From NCBI GenBank assembly GCA_963825865.1, contig CAWGVG010000008.1:32001-96000 (forward strand): DNA of 64,000 nucleotides. The letters are read 5' to 3'. The stretch is from an uncultured Nitrososphaeraceae archaeon (GTDB taxonomy: Archaea > Thermoproteota > Nitrososphaeria > Nitrososphaerales > Nitrososphaeraceae). A program made the position numbers and the translations under genes. This document shows positions 36,209 through 48,239 of this stretch, piece by piece. Numbering within the stretch: position 1 is the first letter of the stretch; every line of letters starts with the position of its first letter. The notes below the pieces were generated by a model. That model saw only the letters and a program-made list of their open reading frames with translations, ran no database searches and had not been told where the DNA came from.

Positions 36209-37262
36209 GCCATTTCTCTGGTGCTACTAATATATAGCAAGTTGCTAAACACCTTAAAGAAACATTCCAGAAGTTGGTATTCCTTAACTCTTGACAAAAT
36301 CTATGATATGACTTCATCACAACGGTCAATCGGTGATTTCTTTTACAACGCAAAGAACTTGCAATGCATTATGGAGCCATAATTGCTACTGATGGGATAC
36401 ATTAGTAGTTGGCTAACAACTATCTATCTATCTGGCCGAAAACTTATGATGAATGATATTATTCAATTTAAATGCCATACTGTCATGTAACTGAAATAGG
36501 TCAAATTGCTATGTAAATTCTCTGTTTCTTCTTCTTCCTCTTCTTTTTTACTATGCCTCTGTAGTCAGATACTTTTGTAAGGAATCAAATAGTAGCAGTA
36601 AACTAAAGCTTCTTCTCACACACAGCCTGTTAAACTGATTTAGGCAACCCTCCAAGTTGTCATATACGCGCAAATCCATATATACAATAGGTTATACGCG
36701 ATTTTTAATGAATAGTAAGAGAAACTCTATAGTTAATTCATTACACTCTATAATAATTGCCGTTTTTAGAGCTAGCATCTCTGTAATTGGAATTGTTTCA
36801 AATCAGCCTTAAAGGCAAAGGATTTCAATTCTATACCTTTACTTTCGGTTAGTTAGTGGGGATGGCCGGCATGTGTATAGATTATTACTATGGTTAAGTA
36901 GCAGGAAGGAGGATGGATGTTCACAATCCAAAATCCCAGGTCCTGATCCAATACGTCTTGAGGTATATGCAGAATGCCTAACCTTGGTAGACGTTCCATA
37001 AGAGTAGGACTATTTCCAAATCTAGGCTATGTAACAAACAAATAACGACATAAATTCTGACACTTCACTTAGACTACTTCGTGTAAAACAAGAAGGTTCG
37101 GTAGACTTCCTATTACTTGCTGAAATGTATGACACATTGTTGTGGCACCGTGACGACAGAAATATGTTAACACATATACCCATGCACAGAGGAATTGGTA
37201 AAAACTAATTCTTATTGCACGTGTAGAAATCGTTAAAGCATACTTTGACTAGTTTATTTTGA

Positions 37263-37650
37263 ATGAAAAAAACAACATACCTTGCAATCGTCTTGATCCT
37301 ATCTATTGGACTTGTTTTAGGATCGATAAAGTTAGTTAGTATCAGGTACAAGCACATCAAATTCATCTGTTTCAATAGTCAATGGAGCTTCATCTCCTAG
37401 CATTTCAAAACCCTACGATCCGTCACCCCTAACAGTAAAGCCAGGTACGTCTGTCACATGGACTAATAGCGATTCTACTATCCACACAGTAACTTCTGGT
37501 CTTCCAGAACAAGGGGAAGTAGGTACTTTGTTCGACTCCGGCATTATGAGTCCAGGTAAGACTTTTACACATGCCTTTGATAAAACAGGCATTTTTGATT
37601 ACAGCTGTACTCTGCACCCATTCATGCACGGACAGATAATAACTAAATAG
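37263..37650 (+). CDS. Plastocyanin-like blue copper protein (frameshift after signal peptide)
   Basis: YDPSPLTVKPGTSVTWTN..HTVTSG..YSCTLHPFMHG (H, C, H, M ligands). Confidence 0.88.
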
Positions 37651-37845
37651 TCAAAAGCTACAGTGACGTTGCTAATTTTTTCCTTTTTTTCTCAACTGCA
37701 CTTTTAAGTTATAAATTGATTGTTTATTATTTTCAAAAATTAACTTAAAGTAATAGAAATATTAAAAATACATATTTAATATTTATCTTACTAAATCTCA
37801 CTAGTTTGAGGATGAAGAAACTCGATTAAGAAAAGATTCGGAATT

Positions 37846-38205
37846 TCAACTAGCCACCTTTAGATGGTGTTTCTCAATAGATGCAGTCCCTTGCTTAAAG
37901 GTGACAATTATTATATCATCTTTCTTATACGGACAATCTGGAATACCACGTGGTTGATGATCTGATGCTTCGACTACACAAGTTCCTTGTTGGTCCTTTG
38001 TGACTACTTTTGCTTCGTCTGTTACTTCTTTTCTAATTAAATCCTTGATAGGAAAACCAAACATAGCCTGAACAGCAAAAAAACCACCCAAGCCGATAAG
38101 AGCAATAAGAATCCCAAGCTTTTTGCCAGACATTCCAGCGAAGACAGAGGTATCGGAACCAGAGCCAGAATCATATGTCATAGATAAGATGGGGATAGAA
38201 AACAA
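37846..38205 (-). CDS. Single-TM hypothetical protein
   Basis: TM helix plus a small Cys-containing beta domain. Confidence 0.55.
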   Translation of the reverse strand: MFSIPILSMTYDSGSGSDTSVFAGMSGKKLGILIALIGLGGFFAVQAMFGFPIKDLIRKEVTDEAKVVTKDQQGTCVVEASDHQPRGIPDCPYKKDDIIIVTFKQGTASIEKHHLKVAS

Positions 38206-38524
38206 AAATATTTAAAAATATTCCCTACTTTGGACGCCTGCCAATCGTTAGAAGCAGTTTAGTTATTTATATTCTATAAGAATAGATAAAAAATAATGCA
38301 AATGCTATATAGGAGCAGCAGCGTTAGTGGCAATACAGTTTTCCCTAACATATTTTCCCACTATTTGAGCATCCGTGTTGTTTATGAGTATGTTTTCAGT
38401 AATTCTTTTTTAATACTAACACTACAAATCCAAAATCATAGATTGCAACGTCGTAGTTGAAACTCGAGTGACCGCATTCAACTGTTTGCCGTTTTTATCT
38501 CCCATTAATGTTTCAGCACAAGCG

Positions 38525-38722
38525 TCTATTAAGCATAGATGTAAAGCCAATATCACAGCAACAATTCTAGAAGCAGTACGCTGCTGGTGGAACAACTAAA
38601 GCAAAAATATACTATAGATCCTTTTTGACTTATCAGAGATTAAAAGGATATTTGTTGCTTTCTGAAGAGAATGGGTTGATTGAGTACAACAAAGAAGAAT
38701 GCCCTTTATTAAACTACAGAAA
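38525..38722 (+). pseudogene. Winged-helix regulator remnant
   Basis: ITATILEAV..TTKAKIYYRSFLTYQRLKGYL..ENGLIEY. Confidence 0.6.
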
Positions 38723-38895
38723 TGAAACTACAGAAAAAGATGCCCTTTATCTATAGCATTTGCCCTGTGTCTTCTTCTGGCATCGTATTGATTTACAATT
38801 ATGTTTCTTTATATTATCATTACCATTTGGTGGTAACATTACCACGTGGATAATATTTTTTTGAATTTGATTGCTACCGTTGTGTATCTGTAGAA

Positions 38896-39165
38896 CTATT
38901 TTCTAGCAGTAGTAGACTTTTGCATATGTTGCATAGATAGCAATATTTTATCTTCTTTTTCTATTTTATTCCCCGCTCTCAATTTTGCTTTGTACTTTAA
39001 GTTTCGTGGCTTTGTTCTTAATCTATATCCACAACAAGGACACCACAATCCATCCCACTTGATAAATAGCTCACATATCTGACAACGCTTTTGTCCCATA
39101 GAATAACGACCAGATCCAACTGGTTTCTGCGCTTTATGACGTATACATCTACCTTTACAAGTCAT
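38896..39165 (-). CDS. Conserved thaumarchaeal Cys-rich small protein
   Basis: MTCKGRC..GQKRCQICELF..CPCCGYRLRTKPR. Confidence 0.75.
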   Translation of the reverse strand: MTCKGRCIRHKAQKPVGSGRYSMGQKRCQICELFIKWDGLWCPCCGYRLRTKPRNLKYKAKLRAGNKIEKEDKILLSMQHMQKSTTARK

Positions 39166-39380
39166 TTCTTTACATTCTCTTCCTTTGTTATAAAATGATA
39201 ATTGATATTATATACTTTAATAGATATGCCGGAAAGTTCTAGACAATTGTATCAAAAATATTTCATAGTTTTGCATCTATTCTTGTTTTTTTCACATATA
39301 TACAGTATAATATGCTTTCGAGCATTACTATAACATTCTATGCAAACGATTAATATTGTGAATGTTGGCTACTTACCACA

Positions 39381-39818
39381 TTGGAAGAGTGCGACTTCCT
39401 TGATGACATATGCCTAACTGTATTATATGCAAGCAAGGATATTAGTTGCGCGGCTGTAGTAGATATCAATGGAAAGCTCATTGTTGGCAAATATAGAAAA
39501 ATAGACAGAAAATTAATAACAACATCTATAGCTAGTACCAGCGGTCAATATCATCAAACAAGTTGCTACCTTTTCTATATAGATTATTTGGTTTCAGCTA
39601 TACGACAATCTTATTTTGAAAGGAGGTGTACAAGTGAAGGAGTTGATACAGCAGAGAACATGGAAGTTAACTTTGACGTAATTGATATCAACAATAAAAT
39701 AAAGTTGGCCATTACTCCATTAACCCAGAGTAAAGACAAATTCCTCTGTGTATATTTTGAATCTCCATTTGCGGAATCTTATCAAGAGATAATTATGAAG
39801 ATAAGCAACATGATATAG
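39381..39818 (+). CDS. DUF6659/roadblock-like protein
   Basis: ISCAAVVDINGKLIVG..LAITPL..FLCVYFE. Confidence 0.55.
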   Translation: MEECDFLDDICLTVLYASKDISCAAVVDINGKLIVGKYRKIDRKLITTSIASTSGQYHQTSCYLFYIDYLVSAIRQSYFERRCTSEGVDTAENMEVNFDVIDINNKIKLAITPLTQSKDKFLCVYFESPFAESYQEIIMKISNMI

Positions 39819-40294
39819 AAAATAACAGTAATAATATTATATATCCTTTTTCTTAGAATTTCTTATAATTGTTATTATTGTCGTTATAAAGCCTTGAGCT
39901 TCTTTGAAATTTTTAAATTTTAAGGACAGTCTAGCTTTTAATTTCCAAATATAGATAATACAATGACCTGTTATGTCGATTATCAATCACAGAAATTATA
40001 CTACAGTGAGTGATGTCTCTTAGTAATTCCAGCAATAATACATGAGAGCCTTTAATGCTAACCTAGAATTTGGAGTCCCATTAACAGACTACGAAATAAG
40101 CAACAGCTGACATAATTGATAGATACATGAATTATATTGTGGCTGCATCTATCTAGAAAAAATAGAGAAGGATAAGATAGAAGAAGGAAACAACCAAATG
40201 TTCATACACCAAAGTAGACTAAATAAAAATGACAATACAGAAGATAAAATGGATTTTCGAAATATCGTAGCTATTTTCGTTAAGGAGGACTGAT

Positions 40295-41052
40295 TTGGAA
40301 TTGCCTTCCACTGGTGCAGTATCATCTATCGAAAAAAACATTCGTTATTATACTTTGATGATCGTGTTTGGAATTCTAACTGCAATATCTGTTCAGCCGG
40401 CCTTATTGGAGTTTACTGAAAAAGATCTTGCAAACCACATGATCATAGAACATTCGTTGTTTTTTATCATAGGAGCCACGTCAGTTCAAGTTGCTGAAAC
40501 AATCTTAAAATTACTTGTATCTTCACAAAGCAAGAAGAAAAAAAAAGAAACCGAATATTATACAAAGCTTAAAAAAAAGACAAAAGTAATTCAAAATTGA
40601 GCATAATTATTTTATACTGGAGTGGATTACTGAGAAACATTTTCACCATTAACAATACATATGGTTTCATATGGCTCATTATTCCAATTGTGCTCTTGAC
40701 CTTTTGGCATTTGCCTTCAGTATTTGATTATGCAACATTACATGAACAAATCCATATTTTACAGCACATTTCATTTATAATTGTTGGAGCTACAGGTTTT
40801 CTGGCATTAAGGGCCTTAGGTGAATCTTTTAGGATACTTGCTCTAATAGCCTTAAATGCAATTATGGTTTTCGCTGGATTAATGTTTGCAGTTTTACAAA
40901 CGCCAATTTATACCGTCTATTCTGTCAGCAGTCACAATGATGCAGGAACCTATATGGTAGTAACATGTTTATTGCTTCTTCTTGTTGGCTTGCCTGCTTA
41001 TCTAGTTCATAGGACACTTTTTCATGTTCGTATTAAAGGCTATAAACAATAA
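40295..41052 (+). CDS. CtaG/DUF1404-like membrane protein (cytochrome oxidase assembly-like), frameshift in A-tract
   Basis: HMIIEHSLF, FWHLPSVFD, HILQHISF. Confidence 0.7.
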
Positions 41053-41185
41053 TAATAATAATCAATGGAAATGAAGTAGTCGTACGTGCCTTATTTTTAA
41101 ACCGTTAATAAATCCCTTGAAGTGCTTTTGTGAAGATATTCAACCAATATATCTACACTAATACTGATAAGATGTTATATGATTC

Positions 41186-41941
41186 CTATATCTTTATGTA
41201 TGATTTATTGTAAGTTGAAGAATTAAAAATCTCATCTAACGTTATAGGAAATGGCTTTCTACCACTGAGTTTGAATTTTGTCGAATTTCCTTTAATTCCT
41301 ACTTGTTGGATATATCCTAACTTGCGAAATATGGCAATGGCTATCTTACCTCGCTGTCTGTTATTACCACAGGCCATTCGTTCCTTATCTTGAAGGTTCT
41401 GTAATATGAATGTGCCATCCTTGCTTTCTTCGGCTATCGTAGAAGCAGCACGCCAAAGTTTTGAGATATAAGAATCGGATTCGTTTAATGAACCCATATG
41501 AATAGTTTTAGGACTACTCATAGATTTAGTTATTAATTGGGCCGCAAAAGCCATCCTGTCTGTCTTTTTAAAATATATATTATAAATATTCTGCTTTTTG
41601 AATTTCCTATTTTCTTTATTGTCGAACCAATATACATATCCTTCAGGTTCATGGATATATGGTTGTACTAGAATATTCTCAGTATTCTCTCGTGGTTCTG
41701 AATTGATTATTTCTTGAGCCTCATCTAACTTATCGTAATTAACGACATATTTTTTTTTACGGTTAGATTCTAATGACATAACTATACCTTCATCCCTAAG
41801 TGACCTTAGGGCAAGGTCAAGGTTTGTATCATAATGTCTACCTGCTTCTTCGTGTATCTGCTCTTCCAATATGACATTGTGAACTCCTTCGCCAATAAGA
41901 TGCTGTAAGAGCCATTTACGCCATTCAGAAGTCGATGTCAT
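41186..41941 (-). CDS. Hypothetical protein with winged-helix-like ends
   Basis: ALRSLRDEGIV and IFRKLGYIQ..TKFKL; intact 251-aa ORF. Confidence 0.5.
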   Translation of the reverse strand: MTSTSEWRKWLLQHLIGEGVHNVILEEQIHEEAGRHYDTNLDLALRSLRDEGIVMSLESNRKKKYVVNYDKLDEAQEIINSEPRENTENILVQPYIHEPEGYVYWFDNKENRKFKKQNIYNIYFKKTDRMAFAAQLITKSMSSPKTIHMGSLNESDSYISKLWRAASTIAEESKDGTFILQNLQDKERMACGNNRQRGKIAIAIFRKLGYIQQVGIKGNSTKFKLSGRKPFPITLDEIFNSSTYNKSYIKI

Positions 41942-42032
41942 GCTTTTATAAGCTAAGTTAAAAAATTGATTATTTAAGGATACGCCAATTATGGCATAGA
42001 GAATTTAAATTATAAGCAACTCGACGTCAAAT

Positions 42033-42461
42033 TTGTCTTATATTTATATAGATGCCGAGCGAGTATATGCCATGGCGGATACATCGCTTCGCAGACAGGT
42101 ATCACACAAGAGGAATAGACCATTAGAGAGTGTATTCCGAAACACTACTGCGAGGGTTTTGGATTTCCTTGTTCTGAACCAAGAGTTTGATTATTCTGCA
42201 TCTGAGATAAGCAAGATAACACAAATTCCCCTTCGAAGTTTGCAAAGGGTTCTATTGAATTTGGTTGAAAAGGAACTGATAATGGAAACTGGCAAGATAG
42301 GCAATACTAAAATGTATATTATTAATTCAAAGTCACAATTAGCTGAATTACTAAGACAGTATGTACTCGCTACAATAAACATCAACATAGATAATGCACG
42401 AAAACAAGACTCATCAAATAATTCTTTAATAGAATATAAAAAAGGGCTTGCGATCAGATAA
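42033..42461 (+). CDS. Winged-helix transcriptional regulator
   Basis: RVLDFL..YSASEISKITQIPLRSLQRVLLNLVEKELI..GNTKMY. Confidence 0.75.
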   Translation: MSYIYIDAERVYAMADTSLRRQVSHKRNRPLESVFRNTTARVLDFLVLNQEFDYSASEISKITQIPLRSLQRVLLNLVEKELIMETGKIGNTKMYIINSKSQLAELLRQYVLATININIDNARKQDSSNNSLIEYKKGLAIR

Positions 42462-42592
42462 ACTTAGCAACATAAGGCGGCATAATACTCAAAATCGATC
42501 CCCATATTAGTGCTCTTTTTACTTCTATTTTTATTTATTTATTAAACTCATACTTAATATTATCACAATATGCTAACCTCTCCTCTCCTATT

Positions 42593-42913
42593 TCACTTTT
42601 GACTATTCTTGCTGCTTGACGTAGTATTAGTAGTTGTTGTAGCATTCGATGCGTTCAAGGATGTTCCTTGTGGTACTACTGGAGCTGTTATATATCCAGA
42701 AGACGTCGTTGTGCCAGTTGGACTGGCACTAGTAGAAGTTTTGTTTGCAACTTGTAATGAAGTTCCTTGTGGTACTACCTGAGCTGTAACATTACCAGCA
42801 GATGTCTGTTTTTGTTGTGCTAATGCTATTTGTTGAGTAATCGAGTATGTCGATAAAAATACCATTACCATTATTCCCAAACAAATCATTACTTTTACTT
42901 TATTGTTAATCAT
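42593..42913 (-). CDS. Secreted Thr/Ser-rich protein with internal repeat
   Basis: Signal peptide; TAxVVPQGTSL x2. Confidence 0.6.
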   Translation of the reverse strand: MINNKVKVMICLGIMVMVFLSTYSITQQIALAQQKQTSAGNVTAQVVPQGTSLQVANKTSTSASPTGTTTSSGYITAPVVPQGTSLNASNATTTTNTTSSSKNSQK

Positions 42914-43370
42914 ACCGTTTATTTGAAGATAATTTGTTATAAAGATATGTGGAGAACCTGCTACGATCTTTTTATATATAGGCAGTAATTTTCATTATCG
43001 TATATATATATATATTTATATATAGCAAAAACGGTGTTTATCCCTGCGGGTGGCGGTGGCGCAGGCAGCAGCGCGATACAAGTTGGACCTGGCGGAGGAA
43101 ACGCAGGAGCATCCAGGAAGAATGAAGGGTGTTTTATCAGGTTCTGTAGAATAGTGAAGCCCTTAATTCGGGTAAGTTGCATCATCACTAATAATATTGC
43201 ATGTGTACTGAAAAGCAGTTGCTTGTTGCAAAAAATACTATATAGCAAATGCTCCTTCTTCTATTATTATTACTAGTGCTACTGCTGCCAAGGTTAGTAT
43301 TATTATTGTGATAATATAAGAAGAATATCTAAAAGCTGTAAAACGCGTTTTATTTCCAGATCTGCGCAAC

Positions 43371-43398
43371 AGACAGATAAAACGCCTGTTGATAAAAG
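43371..43398 (+). repeat. Dispersed 28-bp repeat, copy 1
   Basis: AGACAGATAAAACGCCTGTTGATAAAAG; 2 mismatches to 45306. Confidence 0.7.
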
Positions 43399-43510
43399 AC
43401 GATGTTTTCATCAGCTTTTAATTGCTAGATAGCATCTTGATGTATTTAGAAAATAAATGGACTGAGCTCCTACATGCCTCAAAACACAAATAATCCACAG
43501 TTTATAAATA

Positions 43511-43975
43511 TTAATGATGAGCAGATTTTTTTTCTCTATATATAATTAATAATTCTAAGAGGAAACCTGCGATTGATGATAAGCCGATGGTCAATGCAGT
43601 TTCTGAAATAACTTTGATATTATGATGTTCAAAAACTTCTTTATAAAATTCTTCGTTAAAACCATGAGCTAGCAGGGCAACGAATACTATACCTGCAACT
43701 ATTAATGCGCTTAAAATCGTATTTAATGTAAGAATCTTTACCTTTCCTTTATTTACCTTAACCTGACCATAGTGTTTCAAATTATTTTCTATTAATGGTA
43801 CGTCCTCATCATCAAATACAAACCCAGAGATGTCTAATATTCCGACATTTTTATCAGTCGTCTCAACGTCATGGAACTCCATAACATAAATTAATTTGTT
43901 CGGTGTTAGAAATTCCCTAACCTTTTCGACGTTATCTTGTTTACATATTACCTTAATGTGTATTGGAATATGCAT
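43511..43975 (-). CDS. Ferredoxin-like domain + 2 TM protein
   Basis: Soluble N-domain followed by two hydrophobic helices. Confidence 0.5.
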   Translation of the reverse strand: MHIPIHIKVICKQDNVEKVREFLTPNKLIYVMEFHDVETTDKNVGILDISGFVFDDEDVPLIENNLKHYGQVKVNKGKVKILTLNTILSALIVAGIVFVALLAHGFNEEFYKEVFEHHNIKVISETALTIGLSSIAGFLLELLIIYREKKSAHH

Positions 43976-44007
43976 TCATTACAATAAAAATTTCTTAATA
44001 TAATAAG

Positions 44008-44256
44008 GAATTGCCTATCTCATGGTTGACAGAAACGTACACCATTTATATTTCTAATACTGCGCTCTACCTGTTGGATTTGGTCTTTACTACCACTCAC
44101 ATCAACTATAACATCTGGATCTTCCTGAGATTTTTTTTCTACTCTAAATACAAAGGTAACACCTTCCATTTTTTTAGATTCCTGTATAACAATTTTACAG
44201 GCACTTCCGCTACAATTTACTAATAAAGTTCCAGACAATTTATCATCATGACTCAC
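44008..44256 (-). CDS. Lrp/AsnC ligand-binding-like small protein
   Basis: LLVNC..GVTFVFRV..DVIVDV..IRNINGV; +1 at GTAC ~44037. Confidence 0.5.
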
Positions 44257-45074
44257 TTTAGTGCCACTTAATTGTAAGCAGGTTCTTTGAAGATTAAAAC
44301 TTTGTCAATAATCATTTAGGGTATCTCAAAATTAGATCCATAGTAGGTTCGGTGTTAATCTTATTTTTAGTTTAGTTTTGTTTACTCATAACAAAAATTC
44401 TTAGTCTTATCAAGCTACAAAATTTTTAAATGCTATTGATTAGTTAATTATCAGAATCGCTTTCCTGCTTTGACAACCCTGTTTTAGATATACCAAAATG
44501 GTAAATAGAACATTCCACATATAATAATCAATGCGAGAAATGTCTGGTTCCAGCTCCTCATCTCATCCGAACAATAGTTATGTATGCAAAATATGTGGCC
44601 TTGTCTTCTTACCCAACAAGCTCTTTCAGCAAACATAGATTCTGAATTCTGAACATCAAGAGGCAAAACAATCTGGTGTATTGTAATGTATTAGCATATC
44701 TTCATTGTGCTGTTAAAGCGCGTTTATCATGATTTCAGTAGTCATGTCTTCTTCAAATTCAATTTTCTTTGTTTTGAAGTTAAAAATGACAGCAGTATAT
44801 TTCATCTTGTACTTTATCTCCTTTAGATATGTCATATATTACCAGATGGTAATCATAATCTTAAAAAGCATAAGTTGCTTATATAAATAACATCATTTGA
44901 TAAAAAAAAGCATTGCCTTTATTATGGTTGAATAAATTACTCTACTTATAGTATGATGTTCCAGTTCTGTTTACAATTATGTCATACAGTCTTATTTGCT
45001 ATCTTAATTTTTTCTGGCTAAGTGTGAAATAACCCCTTTCTCACTGCAATCGATATATCTTAACTCGGATTTAG

Positions 45075-45252
45075 TTATGAGAAATCTAGATTGGATTTGG
45101 AAATTCTAGATAACTTTGATGTTATAGCTATGATTGCGATTGGGAAGAAAGGACCAAAAGAAAATCTCCCATTAGAATTGCAAAATAAAGAATTTCCTAG
45201 TAATGGAAAGCAATTGAATGAAATAGTAACTGAAGGTACATTTAGAAAATAA
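45075..45252 (+). pseudogene. Nitroreductase C-terminal fragment
   Basis: FDVIAMIAIGKKGPKENLPLELQNKEFPS..LNEIVTEGTF*. Confidence 0.7.
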
Positions 45253-45305
45253 AACAAACTTACTTTTAGAAGAAAGACTTTCACATGTATATATAGAGTA
45301 AAAGG

Positions 45306-45333
45306 AGATAGATAAATCGCCTGTTGATAAAAG
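45306..45333 (+). repeat. Dispersed 28-bp repeat, copy 2
   Basis: AGATAGATAAATCGCCTGTTGATAAAAG. Confidence 0.7.
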
Positions 45334-45494
45334 GCTGTAGTGATGGTAATGGTTTCTTCAACTTTTATCTATTACTACTAAAAACTATAGATAGCCAATT
45401 TCTATTTTTTTTATCTTCATTAATTTAAATATAAATGTGTTCTTTGCTTAAAGGACATTCATATATGCTACCTTAAAGAAGTATATTCCCAAGA

Positions 45495-45980
45495 GTGGTC
45501 ATAAATTTGGAACAGATAGGAGAGGCTACAAGAACAACAACAATAAAAGAAATACTGATAGCTATTGATGAATCAAAATATAGAGAAAAAATTATTAGAT
45601 ATGGATTGACATTAGCAAAATCGTTAGGAGCAGATGTAACAGCAGTTCATGTTATTGATAGATATTCTCTAGGTGCTCTCCAGAGTCTAGGAGGACTTTT
45701 GGGCTACTATGAAAAATGGAAAACTTGGCTATGAGGAAGAATTAAGGAAACACGCTAAAGAATTACTTGGTGAAGTAGACACTTAGCAAAAAAAGAATAT
45801 GTCAAATATAATGAACGCATCATCAGTTGCAGAAGGAATAATTGACTATGTTCAAACACAAATATAGATCTTATTGTGATTGGTACAAAAGGAATGACCG
45901 GAGTAGAAAAATTCCTTATCGGAAGCGTAGCGAATAAAGTTGCAAGTCACGCTCACTGTTCTGTATTAGAAGTTAGATAA
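45495..45980 (+). pseudogene. Universal stress protein (several frameshifts)
   Basis: ILIAIDES..VTAVHVID; DLIVIGTKGMTGVEKFLIGSVANKVASHAHCSVL. Confidence 0.85.
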
Positions 45981-46298
45981 CTTCCATAGGGCTTTACTAT
46001 ATTTCTATATTATGTATGATGTCAAGAAATATACTAACGAGCAACGTTTTATAGCAGCAGAATAAACATTTTAGAGTAAATTTTTCTGAACCAAAATATG
46101 GTATTTTGCTAAAAGTGCAACGAAATTGAATAAACCAATATTTATACGCTTTTCAACAGATACCAGCATCAAAGGACCCTACAATATCGAACATCTATAG
46201 ATAATGCAACATTTTTGGCCCGACTTGCTAATATGGTTTATAATAATAATCGCGTACATTTTCCACTTTTTTAATTTTTATAGAAGTATAAGTTACTG

Positions 46299-46664
46299 CT
46301 ATCTTAGTGTAAAACCGCATTTATTACAAAAGGCTGACCCCACAGGATTATAGTTACCACATTTTATGCAATGATTTTGAAGTTTAATGTTAGATCGTAT
46401 AACCTCATCTTTACCAAAGGATTTTTTGTTTTCCTTTTTAACAATTTGCATCAAATCATAAATCTCCCATACCCAGAACGCTATTGCGGCTAATATTGAA
46501 AAATTAGAAGGTAAGAAAAGACTAGTAATGATTCCAATACCAATGGCAGAAATTAGAATAATTATCCCACGCTTTACATAGCGTATAAAGATATGACCTA
46601 ATCCTGCTAGGAGTATATCCAGAACAATCGCCAAAACTAATTTGCGATTCGAAATTGCAATCAT
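46299..46664 (-). CDS. Membrane protein with C-terminal zinc ribbon
   Basis: GLGHIF, TM helices, CIKCG..FCNKCG. Confidence 0.75.
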   Translation of the reverse strand: MIAISNRKLVLAIVLDILLAGLGHIFIRYVKRGIIILISAIGIGIITSLFLPSNFSILAAIAFWVWEIYDLMQIVKKENKKSFGKDEVIRSNIKLQNHCIKCGNYNPVGSAFCNKCGFTLR

Positions 46665-46803
46665 TTCTTATATAGCAATGTAAAAGTTCGAGTTTATTTA
46701 ATACTTAGCAAGTGGCACAACCAATCAAAAGAAGGTAATTTCGGAGCAATAGAGACATTACAAAGAGTTGACTAATTTACTAGTATAACTTATAAAGTTC
46801 TAG

Positions 46804-47994
46804 TTGATATTAAATGATAATAAGATTACGATGCCATTCATTGATTCCTCAAAAGGTGAGTTGGGTACTGGTGAGCCTGTCAATTTCTACTTGAATGGTT
46901 TAACTGAAGAGATATCCTTCTCTACTCAATCACAAAACTTCTGTGTATGCTTTGTGGATATGGTGGACTCTACTAAGATTACAGCTGAGGCTACTAATAA
47001 AGAAAAAGTTAGAAAATATTATTCGATATTTATTAACACAATGGCAACTATAGCAAGAAACTTTGGTGCAAAAGTAATTAAAAATACCGGCGATTGTTTG
47101 ATATCCTACTATCCAAAAACATCCGATTCTACTTACAAGTCTGCTTTCAAAGATGTTATAGAATGTGGTCTGACAATGATAGAAGCCAGTCCGATTATCA
47201 ATGCAAAGTTAAAACAAGAAGGATTGCTGTCTATTAGCTATAGGATTAGTGCTGATTATGGTGCTGTAGAGGTAGCCAAGTCAATAACTTCTCAAAATTA
47301 TGATTTCTTTGGTTCTACGGTCAACCTATGTGCCAAAATAAACTCCAAGGCGCCACCAAACGGGATGGTTATAGGTGGTGACCTATATCAAATTGTAAAA
47401 AAATCATATGATTATTATCGTTTCGAAGAATTAGGTGGATACTCTATCGTTAGCTTCAAACACCCATATCCAATATATTCAGTAATAAGCAAGAATAGAA
47501 ATAATAATATTAATAATGCTTTAAGCCAATATAAGACAAAAATAGAACGTGGTCAAATTCTTTCTTATTCTGATACATTATCAGCTACAGGCCAACGTCA
47601 ACATCAACCAGGCCAGAGACACCCTTACAACGTCTTGCTAGTAGACGATGAACCTGATGCACTCTTAACCTACAAAACATTCTTAACTGCTGCTGAAGGC
47701 TATAACATAGATGCATTTACAGACCCTCAGGAAGCATTGAAACACTATGCGCAAGTGAATCCTTCTTATTATGATTTGGCTGTTATGGATATAAGGATGC
47801 CTGGTCTTAATGGGCTCCAGTTATACTATAGACTAAAAGCGATGAATATGTCCATCAAGGTGCTCTTTGTATCTGCTCTTGATGCAGCCGCAGAGATAGT
47901 ATCTATATTGCCTGATGTAAGACAAAGTGATATTATTAGAAAGCCGGTCGACCAGGAACACTTTGTCAATGCGGTAAAAGCAGTACTTGCTTAG
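46804..47994 (+). CDS. Class III adenylate/guanylate cyclase fused to a C-terminal receiver domain
   Basis: FVDMVDST, KNTGD, RISADYG, DFFGSTVN; LVDDE, MDIRMP, KP. Confidence 0.88.
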   Translation: MILNDNKITMPFIDSSKGELGTGEPVNFYLNGLTEEISFSTQSQNFCVCFVDMVDSTKITAEATNKEKVRKYYSIFINTMATIARNFGAKVIKNTGDCLISYYPKTSDSTYKSAFKDVIECGLTMIEASPIINAKLKQEGLLSISYRISADYGAVEVAKSITSQNYDFFGSTVNLCAKINSKAPPNGMVIGGDLYQIVKKSYDYYRFEELGGYSIVSFKHPYPIYSVISKNRNNNINNALSQYKTKIERGQILSYSDTLSATGQRQHQPGQRHPYNVLLVDDEPDALLTYKTFLTAAEGYNIDAFTDPQEALKHYAQVNPSYYDLAVMDIRMPGLNGLQLYYRLKAMNMSIKVLFVSALDAAAEIVSILPDVRQSDIIRKPVDQEHFVNAVKAVLA

Positions 47995-48239
47995 TATCTT
48001 TAAATACACATAAAAAGAGTTTATGAGGTTTTACACGTTTGCGCTTGACATTTGGTATTTCATGATGACGACGACGACCTAATCTACATGGTGGGCCTTT
48101 TATTAACTACCTAGGTAGAATAAATCCAATTTTCATGTCCATTATATTTCATCATTACAAACAGCTTACCGAACTATAAGAAGAGCTCCAGCAGCAGCAG
48201 CTTCTCTAATGCCTTTAGAATGAATATTTACCTGAGCGA

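Noticed and set aside
42961-43276. Overlapping Gly/Pro-rich ORFs and a (TA)n tract
   Set aside because: No recognisable family; neither strand is convincing
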